A stretch of DNA of 64,000 nt, from the NCBI RefSeq assembly GCF_006345805.1, contig NW_021833018.1, positions 186,001 to 250,000 of the forward strand, read 5' to 3'. Below are positions 49,500 to 61,651 of the stretch, piece after piece (position 1 is the first letter of the stretch; the number at the start of each line of letters is the position of its first letter). The notes under the pieces are model-generated. The model made no database searches and had not been told where the DNA came from. It saw only the letters and a list, made by a program, of their open reading frames with translations. This stretch comes from Octopus sinensis. Lineage: Eukaryota. Position numbers and translations under genes: made by a program.

Positions 49500-49720
49500 T
49501 TAAACGTATTTAACTAACAATTAACACCGAAAATAGTTAAGTTCCAGCGGCGAGGACGCAGTGTGCGTTGCCCCGAACAATGGCCAGGCCGATGCGCTGG
49601 CGGAACCAGAGGCTCTCTCTCGAGTCCTTGAGCCTTCTCCCGATGGACTGCCCGACCTCTTTGAGGAACGAGTCAGTCTCCTTTCCTGCAACTCCAGCGG
49701 TCTCCAGAGCAATGTATAGA
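49500..49720 (-). mobile_element. CRE-clade 3' fragment
   Basis: ALETAGVAG..SLWFRQRIGLAIVRGNA and an A-tail. Confidence 0.8.
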
Positions 49721-50747
49721 TTGTATCTTAAATGTGCGAATTCAGATCACAAGCTAGTGATTTGTCTAGAGCAGGGGTGCACAAGTGCGGCCGCGAGTCG
49801 ATGAATGTGCGGCCGTGGGCACAATTAGGTCATCGAGCAACTAATCTTAATAATAAAATGGTATGGTGTGTGTCTGTCTGTCTGTGTGTGCACACCAACT
49901 TCAAATTGGCAATACGATGTCCTCGACTTACATGATGAGGTCCTTAAAACCTTCCCCCCAAAAAAAATTAAAAAAAATTTTCTGCATTTTGGTTAAAATG
50001 AACAACTACGATGTCCTCGACTTACATGATGAGGTCCTTAAAACTTTCCCCCCAAAAAAAATTAAAAAAAAATTTTCTGCATTTTAGTTAAAATGAACAA
50101 CTACGATGTCCTCGACTTACATGATGAGGTCCTTAAAATCTTCCCCCCAAAAAAATTAAAAAAAAATTTTCTGCATTTTGGTTAAAATGAACAACTACGA
50201 TGTCCTCGACTTACATGATGAGGTCCTTAAAACCTTCCCCCCAAAAAAAATTAAAAAAAAATTTTCTGCATTTTGGTTAAAATGAACAACTACGATGTCC
50301 TCGACTTACATTGTGAGGTCCTTAAAACCTTTCCGCCAAAAAATCAAAAAATTATTTTCTGCATTTGATTAAAATGAACAACGTTAATGTCCTCGACATT
50401 CATGATGAGGTCCATTAAAAATCTCACGTATTAAGAATATCCTTGATGAAAACGACAGCGAGAATATTAACAATAATGAACTCCCAATTATTCGCGATAA
50501 AGAAATTCAATTCATCCTATGATTTTCTCTTTAAAATTAAATGCATATATCATTCAAAATTAAAGCTATTATCATATTTGACTTTGACAGAATGTGCAAT
50601 TACAGATTGCACAACCTTGAATAGAGTGTGCAATTAACAGATTTTGAAAAACACTTTGATAGTTGAAACCACATTAGCACAATCATTAACACAATTTACC
50701 ACCAATTGACAGCGCAATCAGAAGAATTTGCGTAAAAATATTAACTA

Positions 50748-53368
50748 CTAGCTCGGCAGCTCGCTTCGCTCACCGCGACCTAGCTCCTGCGGAGGGCCTG
50801 TTTCATCAAACAACTATAAGTTTATGTAGATGTATAAAACTACCTGGTTAAATGTAACCCTATTCTATCGCCTGTTGATAAACGATGTTTGTCGTCCGTC
50901 CTTCCTTGGCATATATGAATAAATTTTCTCTTCTGCCTACCCTCGAGCATCCCACATACAGCTGTCCATGTGAAAAGCACTCACTCTCTAAAAATAACCC
51001 AACTACCTTTAATGACTGTCCCTGGGCCTTGTTTATTGTCATTGCACACTTTTTTTTTCATTTTTTGTGGTTTTTTTTTTTTATATTTAATTTTTTCATT
51101 TTTCCTTTGTTTTTCCTTTTTTTTCTTTTTTTGTTTTTTACTGGCGGAAATGGGGCAGGGGGAGATGCGGCAGGCGGAAATGCGGCAGGCAAGAAAGCGA
51201 CACACAAAAAAGCGACACACAAAAAAGATTTAATTAATTACCTTATTAAGCTGACCGTTTTTTCTTCAGCTTCGTTTTTCCTCCTTCGGTTATCTATTTA
51301 AAAAATTATTTTTGAATAATAAAAAGTTTAGGAAAAGAGGCATACCGAAAATAAATTCTATCTTTACGAAAAACTCAAGTAAATAGTTAATATTTTTACG
51401 CAAATTCTTCTGATTGCGCTGTCAATTGGTGGTAAATTGTGTTAATGGTTGTGCTAATGTGGTTTCAACTATCAAAGTGTTTTTCAAAATCTGTTAATTG
51501 CACACTCTATTCAAGGTCGTGCGTCAATTGGTGGTAAATTGTGTTAATGATTGTGCTAATGTGGTTCAAACTATCAAAGTGGTTTTTCAAAATCTGTTAA
51601 TTGCACACTCTATTCAAAGTCGTGCAATCTGTGATTGCACATTCTGTCAAAGTCAAATATGATAATAGCTTTAATTTTGATTCATGGTCGATAATGATAT
51701 ATGCATTTATTTTAAAGAGAAAAACATAGGATGAATTGAATTTCTTTATCGCGAATAATTGGGAGTTTATCATTGTTAATATTCTCGCTGTCGTTTTCAT
51801 CAAGGATATTCTTAATACGTGAGATTTTTGCCTTGAAGGTTTTAATGGACCTCATCATGAATGTCGAGGACATTCGCGTTGTTCATTTTAATCAAATGCA
51901 GAAAATAATTTTTTTTTAATTTTTTTGGGGGGGAAGGTTTTAAGGACTTCATCATGTAAGTCGAGGACATTGTAGTTGTTCATTTTAACCAAAATGCAGA
52001 AAATTTTTTTTAATTTTTTTGGGGGGGAAGGTTTTAAGGACTTCATCATGTAAGTCGAGGACATTGTAGTTGTTCATTTTAACCAAAATGCAGAAAATAA
52101 TTTTTTGATTTTTTGGGGGAAAGGTTTTAAGGACTTCATCATGTAAGTCGAGGACATTGTAGTTGTTCATTTTAACCAAAATGCAGAAAATTTTTTTTTA
52201 ATTTTTTTTGGGGGGAAGGTTTTAAGGACTTCATCATGTAAGTGAGGACATTGTAGTTGTTCATTTTAACCAAAATGCAGAAAATTTTTTTTAATTTTTT
52301 TTGGGGGGAAGGTTTTAAGGACTTCATCATGTAAGTCGAGGACATTGTAGTTGTTCATTTTAACCAAAATGCAGAAAATTTTTTTTAATTTTTTTTGGGG
52401 GGAAGGTTTTAGGACTTCATCATGTAAGTTGAGGACATTGTAGTTGTTCATTTTAACCAAAATGCAGAAAATTTTTTTTTAATTTTTTTTGGGGGGGGTT
52501 TTAAGGACTTCATCATGTAAGTCGAGGACATTGTAGTTGTTCATTTTAACCAAAATGCAGAAAATTTTTTTTTATTTTTTTTGGGGGGAAGGTTTTAAGG
52601 ACTTCATCATGTAAGTTGAGGACATTGTAGTTGTTCATTTTAACCAAAATGCAGAAAATTTTTTTTTAATTTTTTTGGGGGGAAGGTTTTAAGGACTTCA
52701 TCATGTAAGTCGAGGACATTGTAGTTGTTCATTTTAACCAAAATGCAGAAAATTTTTTTTTATTTTTTTTGGGGGGAAGGTTTTAAGACTTCATCATGTA
52801 AGTCGAGGACATTGTAGTTGTTCATTTTAACCAAAATGCAGAAAATTTTTTTTAATTTTTTTGGGGGGGAAGGTTTTAAGGACTTCATCATGTAAGTCGA
52901 GGACATTGTAGTTGTTCATTTTAACCAAAATGCAGAAAATTTTTTTTTAATTTTTTTGGGGGGGAAGGTTTCAAGGACTTCATCATGTAAGTCGAGGACA
53001 TTGTAGTTGTTCATTTTAACCAAAATGCAGAAAATTTTTTTTTAATTTTTTTTGGGGGAAGGTTTTAAGGACTTCATCATGTAAGTCGAGGACATTGTAG
53101 TTGTTCATTTTACCAAAATGCAGAAAATTTTTTTTAATTTGTTTGGGGGGGAAGGTTTTAAGGACTTCATCATGTAAGTCGAGGACATTGTAGTTGTTCA
53201 TTTTAACAAAATGCAGAAAATTTTTTTTAATTTTTTTGGGGGGAAGGTTTTAAGGACCTCATCATGTAAGTCGAGGACATCGTATTGCCAATTTGAAGTT
53301 GGTGTGCACACACAGATAGACAGACAGACAGACAGACAGACACACACCATACCATTTTATTATTAAGA
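50748..53368 (-). mobile_element. Non-autonomous Helitron copy C, complete
   Basis: On the minus strand A|TC...CTAG|T with about 16 VNTR units. Removing it restores B (TAACTA|TTTAG), matching the uninterrupted site in A and C. Confidence 0.93.
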
Positions 53369-53957
53369 TTTAGTTAAGTTTTTCGTAAAGATAGAGTTTA
53401 TTTTCGGTATGCCTCTTTTCCTAAACTTTTTTATTATTCAAAAATAATTTTTTCAATAGATAACCGAAGGAGGGAAGACGACCTTAAGAAAAGAAGTTTT
53501 TCGTAAAGATAGAATTTATTTTCTGTATGCCTCTTTTTTCCTAATATTTTTTATTATTCAAAAATAATTTTTTAAATAGATAACCGAAGGAGGAAAAACG
53601 AAGCTGAAGAAAAAACGGTCAGCTTAAGGTAATTAAATCTTTTTTGTGTGTCGCTTTTTTGGCTGCTGCTACTCTGCCTGCCGCATCTCCGGCTGCCGCA
53701 TCTCCGGCTGCCCCATTTCCGCCAGTGGTTTGTCTAATCAAGGTCACTAAGCTAAATCTCCGGACTATAAAGGCTCTTAAGCATTATCTTAACTGGCTGT
53801 TAAAAAAATTAGACAGGTTGTTGCCGTGGCGGCAGAGATTTTTTTTGTTTATACTTTTTTACAAATTTTTAAAGTTTTTTTTGTTTTTTCATTTCTTTTG
53901 TTTTTAAATTATTTATTTTTATTTGTTTTTTTTTATTTTTTTGTTATTTTCTACAAA

Positions 53958-54431
53958 TTCAACCGGATTGAATTTTTAAACTCCTTAGATCCCTCTGGAA
54001 TGCCGAATCATCTTTTAAAGTTAAAGATAGGCGTTCCAGTGGTTTTATTACGAAATCTTGCGCCACCTAAATTATGCAACGGAACGAGGTTAGTTATCAA
54101 AAATTTGATGGCTAACGTAATAGAGGCGACGATATTAACAGGTAAGTATAGAGGTGAGGATGTTTATATTCCACGAATTCCGATAATTTCTGATGAATTA
54201 CCATTTAGATTTAAAAGGCTGCAATTTCCTTTGAGGATGAGTTTTGCAATGACAATAAACAAGGCCCAGGGACAGTCATTAAAGGTAGTTGGGTTATTTT
54301 TAGAGAGTGAGTGCTTTTCACATGGACAGCTGTATGTGGGATGCTCGAGGGTAGGCAGAAGAGAAAATTTATTCATATATGCCAAGGAAGGACGGACGAT
54401 AAACATCGTTTATCAACAGGCGATAGAATAG
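53958..54431 (+). pseudogene. Helitron PIF1-like helicase C-terminal fragment
   Basis: [64 protein letters not shown]. Confidence 0.9.
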
Positions 54432-54593
54432 GGTTACATTAAACCAGGTAGTTTTATACATCTACATAAACTTATAGTTGTTTGATGAAACAGGCCCTCC
54501 GCAGGAGCTAGGTCGCGGTGAGCGAAGCGAGCTGCCGAGCTAGTCTTAAATATAATGCTCATAGTGTTAATTAATCAAGAAAAACCCTAAATA

Positions 54594-57500
54594 CAGTAGA
54601 CTATTCATTTAAAGAAAATGTAAATTGAGCATTCGTTAAATGAATTTAACGAAAAAAATTGTTTAATTAAAAATGTGTCATGTAATCGGTAATTTTAGGT
54701 TCCTTCTTTTTAATTTTTGCCAATATATTTCTCAAATTTGTAATTAGGTGAATATGTTCACCAGATTTTTGCAAAAAATATTTTTCAATATTTTCCAAAT
54801 ATTTAAGTGCATCTGCATGACCAATGGGATTGTCATTTGTGCTATCTATTTCTTCATGCTCATTTTCTTCCTCACATTGTATTGTATCAAAATACGCGTT
54901 TTCTTCGCAGACGACAGGTGCACAGACAGGAAACTCAATCATAATTTCACTTTTATTATCTTTAATTGTAAGCTGATTTAAATTTAATACCTTTTTCGTC
55001 AGTGGATTCTTCAAGTATTTTTTCATCTATCTTCGCCCAATTATTTAATGCCTTGTTAAAGCAATTTTTGATAGTGTCCACTGTGACTTCGTTCAAAGCC
55101 TCAATAATTAAAGGTAGAGCATTCACTAATTTGAATTTGGTAAGTTCATCTGTATATGACAATGTTCCTATATTTGTTCCCATACTCAAATTTCTAGTCA
55201 TTCCTTTTTTATACAACGATTTAAATGAATGCACAATCCCTTGATCAATTGGTTGAATCTTAGATGTTGTCTTTGGAGAAAGAAAATACAATTCGATATT
55301 ACTGAATTCGCCATCAAAATAGTGAACTGGCGCATTATCTAAAAGAAGCAAAATCTTTCTATTTTCCACACTCATTTTGGAATTTAACCGTTCAACCCAG
55401 TTTTTAAAAATTAAACTGGTCATCCAAGATTTATTGCTATTTGCATATTGAATCCCAAGATTATTCATATTAATATTTTTGAAACCATGAGGATTTTTGA
55501 ATTTTCCGATTACCAACGGATGCTCTTTATCTCCTTCCATATTTGTGCATAATAACTAGGGCAACCGCAAATATGGCCTAAAAAATTTCAAATATGACCG
55601 ATAAAATATGACTTATATGACCTTAAACGAAAAAATATATGCCCTTAATATGACCTAATAAATTTTTTAGAACTAATCACTCAAATTTATTGTAATATAA
55701 CGAAAAGTAATATTTAATGTTATAATTTTTAAAGTTTCTATCCTTCTCCAACATCTTTTGAAGCATAGAAAAACTTCTTTCAATGGAAATAGTTGTTGCT
55801 GGACATTTCCATAATATCGAACAAATTTCTGGTGAACAATTATCAATCTTAGCAGTATAAATTTCTTTTAATCGATTTTTATATATTCTTTTACGGAAAT
55901 ATTTAGATATTCCACATGGATCATCCCCAAAATTTATCACATTAATAAATTTAACGGCATCCTCAATGGTAAAAAAAGTTTCTTGGCATTGATGTAATCC
56001 ATTTAATATGTCACTATAACATGATTTTATCAATGAAAGGTTTCTTTCCAAATTAATTGAATCTAAAGCAGTTTTTACTTTATCTAAGATTTTCCCTTTT
56101 TTGTTAAATTCAGGACCAGAAACTATAGTGCGAACTGTATGCATGTTTTTCGAGTAGTAAAAGGCTGCACTAAGCCAGGTTCCCCATCTTGTAATTATTA
56201 CTTCAGGTGGTAATTCTATATTGTCAAAAAGATCTCTTCGAGATTTTTTTTGAGCAATGCAGTTTTCATCGTGTCAATCAGATTATTAATATCCCCATAG
56301 TGTGTACTAATTTTTAAGGCACAATTATGTAAAAGATGAGCAAAACAAGTGATGTGTATAACATTGTTATACAGAATTGACAATGTTTCTGCAGCAGATA
56401 TCATGTATGATGCAGCGTCGGTAACCAATAAAACAAAATTAAATCGTTTGACGTTAAAATCCTTTAAAGTTTCATCGATTATCTGGCAAATAAATGAAGC
56501 ATTACATATTTCAACAGAAATGCAATTTAATAGATAAATTTTCGATGGATTACAAATAGTCCCCCCCAAAACATTCACAAATTTATTATTTGAAATTTGG
56601 GTTTCATCAACAATCAAAAATATTTTCAAATTTAAAATAAGATTTTTTATTCGTTCAAAATTTAGAAGATATTTATCATATACCAATTTGCGACAATGGG
56701 TTTCTGATGGAACAGAAAATCCCAAATCGTCGAAAAACTTAGAAAAAAGATTGTGACGAATCTTATAAAGAGGGATATTCACACCCGTCATCATCGAAAC
56801 CAATTTAAAACAAAAATCATTTGGAATTGCAATCAATTTCGATTGACGCAAGTCGTGTGTTTTACTTCTTTTTTTATGCATTTCCGTCTGTCTGTGTTGT
56901 TCCACGTTAAAACTTTTTGAAAAGTTTACCGGAACACAACAGAACTTGCAATTAAGTCCCCCATTAGTACTTCTCGTAAATTCGTGCGGATATTTATTTA
57001 ATATTTTAGAGAGTTTGAATTCATTAGATTTTTTTGATTTAGGCATCTATTAATATACCTTTTTTATATAAAAACCTTTATCTCACTCAACAAAAAACCG
57101 ATTATATCTCACGTTATAAAAAAATAATTCAAATATTATTATTCAAATATTTATATTTAAAAAAATAAATATTAATCTAATTCATTAAAATATACAAAAA
57201 TTTGAATATGACTTTATTTTTATAATATGACTTTATTATTGAATATGACTTATATGACCTATTAATAAGTGTTTAAATAGTTAAAAAATATAATTAAAAT
57301 ATTTAATTAATATAAACAAACACAAAATGACCTTATTTTGTGATAAGCATTATATGACTTTTGGTTGCCCTAATAATAACACTGTTATTCGTTCTTTAGA
57401 AAATTTTCCTGAAGCCCTTGATTCGGAGTCAAGAACTAATGTTTTTTCTGGAGTACATTTGAAAAAAGGGCAGTTTCATCGCAGTTGTAAAAATTTTTGA

Positions 57501-58222
57501 TCCATATTTTTTTAACATGGCTGCAAAGCGTTCATATGAATCTATAAGCAAAACGGGATCCACTAATTGTTCTTCTCCAGAAATCGTGAGTGTTTTTATT
57601 TTATACTCTTCCTTAAAGCGTGAAATCCATGGGTGAGATGCATTGAAATTTTCAATATAAAATCGTTGAGCAATTTTGAGTGCCATTTCGCGTACCATTT
57701 CATTAGTTATGGTGTGATTACAGAAACGTTTGTTCTGAATCCATGCATATAGTGGTTCATATATCTTATCAGTACAACTTTTAAATGTAATATTCTTTTT
57801 TTGTTTGTGACGCCTTGATCCATACAATTGCATTTTCTTCAACGTTGAATTGATCACTCCAATAGGCATATTAAACCGCTGAGCCAAATTTTCTTGAGTA
57901 ACATCAGGATTATTTTTCTTGAAATCAATAACTTCCAGTTTTTGTTGAATTTGATAAGTTTTTCATTTTTTCTTCATATTGTTCACCCTTGCACACATGG
58001 TTTACTACAAAGAAATAGCGAGGAAAAATTATTTTAAAATTTTATCAAAAATTTTAATTTTCGTTATTTAAATATTCGTTAAATATATTTAAATATTCAC
58101 TAATACAAAGAAAAAAATTTTTATTTTTGAATTTATCTAAGGAAAAACGTAAAAAAATATTTTGACTTTCGTAAAATGAATATTTTCGTTAATTTTTTTT
58201 TTGTTAAATGGATAGTCTACTG
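54594..58222 (-). mobile_element. pogo/Tigger transposon split by a hAT
   Basis: TIR CAGTAGACTAT(T/C)CATTTAA with TA TSD. CENP-B HTH (FNASHPWISRFK), DNAPVH, QPIDQG, KITDY. The ORF resumes across the insertion (ERITVLL|CTNM). Confidence 0.92.
55557..57372 (-). mobile_element. hAT transposon (CGGBP1-like type), nearly intact
   Basis: TIR TAGGGCAACC/GGTTGCCCTA; exact 8-bp TSD ATAATAAC; ATATGAC subterminal arrays. ORFs 56216-57046 and 55677-56144 with VDET, VTDAASYM, CFAH, PATTISIERSFS. Confidence 0.95.
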
Positions 58223-59223
58223 TAATAATTAAAAATATTCATATTAAATAAAATTCTATTTTTATATAATGGTTAACCTTTTTTAAAAGTAATTATCATA
58301 AACGGCTTAATTTATTTATGTCATTACCTGTTAAAAGACGACGTTCTTTGAATGAAGAAAAAAAGAAAATTTAATATCAACTGGCAAAGTGAATACTTCG
58401 TAGTCGAAACAGACAACAATAGCATGCAATGCTTATTGTGCCATGAGATTGTGAAAACTATAAAACGGGACAATGCTAAACAATATTTTCAGAGACATTT
58501 AGACCACCTAGTTGTCAAGTCCAAGTGTTCAAGAAAAGATTCCGTCGAAAATTTGAAATACAAATTAAGACAACAAAAAAATGTTTAAAAACTTTTTTAA
58601 ATGTGGCAAATGCAAGAGTTGAAGCATCCTCTCGAGTTGCTCATATCCTTGGATCTGCTGGAAAACCTTTTTCAGACGGCGAACTTGTGAAAAGATGTAT
58701 CATGGAATCAGTTAAATGCATTGATCCCGACAAGGAGCATAACTTTGAAGCAATTCCACTTTCACGTGACACAATTCAGCAAAATGAAATATTTAAAAAG
58801 TCAATATAGATCTCGGATACCGGATGCAAACTTAGAGTCATGTTTGCGCATAATGATATCTATCCTACCAGTGGATTTCAATAAGCTCACAAAAAATACT
58901 AAAGATCCTGGCCTTCATTAGAATAACTTGTATAATACATTTCTTTTAATTAATTTTCCTTCTTTCTTATCTTTTGTCCATGAAATAATTATTTATTTTA
59001 ATAATATGATTTCCCTGATGAACGAGAGCATTTCCTGTTCAAGAACTCATTCGGTCTCGATGACAATGGGCAACTTATGCGGTCACTTGTAATAATTAAA
59101 AAAAATTACTATATTAATATCGAAAAAATAATGCAGAAAATGTGCGGCCGTGGAAGAGAAGGAAAAAAAAATGCTATGCGGCCGCAAACCCGAAAAGCTT
59201 GCGCACCCCTCTAGAGTCTAGAC

Positions 59224-60460
59224 AATGAACCCGAAATGGAGATCGTTGCTAAAAGTTTGCATGACTTCTCGCATGGAGGAGTTAACAAAATTGAATATGA
59301 ATGTCGACAACGATATTTCCCAGTTAAAATGAGATTATTCGAAAAGTCATTCGAAACTGTGAAATTTGTAAATTTGCGCGACCCTTAAAAGTTTTAATTT
59401 TTCTAAATCCTAGATTGGAGATATAAATAACCATGTCTTTGCATCTTGCCCAAATGAAAGATTTCAGATAGATCTTATAGATCTGAAAAGTTTTTCTACT
59501 ATAAATAAAAATTATAAATGGATTTTAACGGTCATTGACGTATATAGCAGGTTAGTTTTTTTTAACAATTTTTATAGATTTTCATTTGCGAGGCCGAGCT
59601 ACACTAAGTCCTCAAATGAAGTTTGTGAAAACCTCAGATCATTATTTTTCTTAAATGGTCCGTGTCAATTTCTTCAGTCCGATAATGGGACTGAATTCAA
59701 GAATCGTGAAATGACCAATCTATTTGAGGAATTCAATATCAAACGAATTCACGGAAGGCCAAACAATCCCCGCTCACAAGGGATTGTCGAACGCTTCAAC
59801 CAGTCAATTACAAGAAAAATGGCAAAAATGATCGACAATGATAATAAAAAGTGGCTGGAAAAATTAGAAAATGCAGTGTACAGTTATAACATTTCTGTCC
59901 ACTCATCTTCTAATAAGAGCCCTTTTGAAAGATACCGGGGAATAAGTGGAATAAATACAATATTTTATGGTTGTAATTATAAAATTATTCCTTAGATAAT
60001 TCAAGTAATGATTTGTTGAGTCCTGATCAAGTCGATGATGAAAACAATTGTCCGAGTCCAATTGAAAATTCATGTAATTTGAATTTCTATATGTAGATGA
60101 TTGTAATTATTCGTTTACAAGTCCGAAAAAATTTTCAGTTCGAAATCAACCCCATTGATTCTAATTCTAATTATTACAAAGCGATGAACAGAAAAATGAA
60201 TGTTCACAATATTAATGATGAATTTAGTGTTGGTGATAAATTATGCATAAAAATTAATGTTTAGGTTCGAGTTAAAAAAGACTTTGGAACAAATCCTTCG
60301 TTGCGACTGGATAAGTTTGAATCTCCATATTATCCATCTGCAGAAATTATCAGTATTTTATCAAACAATCGCGTTGAGGTAGTTTAAACATTTAAATTTA
60401 ATAGATAAAAAATTCGATGAGCAAAATATCGATTGTGCCAATGTCCAGACTTAAAAAATA
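59224..60460 (+). pseudogene. Intron-containing Ginger-type integrase (HHCC, DDE, C-terminal block)
   Basis: LHDFSHGG..CEIC, FQIDLID, IDVYSRF, QSDNGTEF, SQGIVERFNQ, YNISVHSSSNKSPFE. Introns at 59391-59413 and 59551-59577, plus further candidates. Confidence 0.86.
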
Positions 60461-60508
60461 ATTAACAAGTTATTATTCTTTGAAGTTTAATATTAATTAC
60501 AATATTGA

Positions 60509-61651
60509 AGAATTTTTTATCCATTCCAAAAATTCTGTATATCCTCCGTTCATCTCCATGTTTCCTTCATCCTAAACATCTTGGGTCAATAGACTCGATC
60601 ATTCGTCGTCATGCCGAACTTATTTGTAATGTGCAACTTGATAATCTCGCATGGAAACAAGCTTCCCTACCTATTCGTATGGGAGGTATCGGTCTCCGTT
60701 CACCTACCGACTTGGCTCTTCCAGCCTATTTGGCCTCACAATCATTTTGTGGTCTCCTCATCGGCGTCATTCTCAAGTCTTTAAATGAATGTACCCCGTG
60801 TCGGTGGATGCAAAACGGCCTCGAGTCTTGGAGCAGTCATGGTCTGAGATTCCCCGAAGTGGAATCTTCACAGAGACATTGGGTCGAAATCTGGTGCAAG
60901 GAGACTTACAGAGTTATCGAACTGTGCATGGACCAAGAACGGATCATATGTCTCAGATCGGGTGCACAACCCAATTCTGCTCCTGGATAAGCGCTTGTCC
61001 TATTGCGTCTACCGGCTGTAAACTGGACGACGATACTATTAGGATCGGCCTATGTCTACGTCTCGGCTTACCGATGTGCACCCCACACCCCTGCAAATGT
61101 GGAAAGAGGATTGGTCCATTGGGAAGGCACCCACTTTCTTGCACTCGTAGTGCTGGTCGTTTTCCCCGACATTCCGCCGCCAATGACATCATCAAAAGGG
61201 CCATGGACGCTGCCGGATTCCACTCTCAACTCGAACCAGCTGGTCTCGATAGAGGGGATGGCAAACGCCCAGACGGCGTAACCATCTACCCGTACACGAG
61301 AGGGAAAGCACTTGTTTGGGATTTTACCTGCCCTGACACGTTTGGACCTTCTTCATTCGGAAGTTCGGCATCCTTTCCTGGCTCTGCCGCAAAACGTTCT
61401 GAAGAGTTGAAGAAAAAGAAATACTCTTTCCTGGCAGACAGATATCTTTTCCAACCGATCGCTGTGGAGACTTCCGGAGTCTTTGGATCAGAGAGTTTTT
61501 CGTCCATTCGAAGATTGGGTGGTCTAATCACCAAAAAAACAGGTGATCCGCGGGAGACGTCGTGGCTCTTCCAGAGGATTTCGTGTGCAATTGTCCGCGG
61601 AAATTCACACGCTATCCTAGGGTCATACTAATTAATTCAATCGATTTTTTT
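60509..61651 (+). mobile_element. CRE-clade element, 5'-truncated, with TSD
   Basis: IPKILYILRSSPC..HPCKCG..HPLSC..KRPDG..LFQRISCAIVRGNS. ATTACAATATTGA is duplicated at 60496-60508 and 61652-61664. Confidence 0.9.

Larger units (their letters stand above)
49845..54543 (+). mobile_element. Non-autonomous Helitron copy B, complete, interrupted by copy C
   Basis: A|TC start, about 6 VNTR units, longer helicase remnant, GC-rich subterminal palindrome and CTAG|T end; no TSD. Confidence 0.9.
49772..59210 (+). mobile_element. hAT Charlie/Buster-type element (internally deleted) with nested insertions
   Basis: TIR CAGGGGTGCACAAG / CTTGCGCACCCCT; TCTAGAG on both flanks. Coding remnant at 58352-58921: KKRKFNINW..CLLC, GKPFSDGELVKRC..IPLSRDT. 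Confidence 0.85.

Noticed and set aside
51985-53201. Short ORFs MVKMNNYNVLDLHDEVLK.. in the VNTRs
   Set aside because: Incidental translations; frames break with homopolymer length changes.
53715-53957. T-rich tract in Helitron B as an inversion of the A-rich tract in A and C
   Set aside because: Low-complexity sequence; orientation cannot be established by eye.
59224-60460. LTR retrotransposon or endogenous retrovirus
   Set aside because: No gag, protease, RT or LTRs; introns and inverted termini indicate a Ginger-type DNA transposon.
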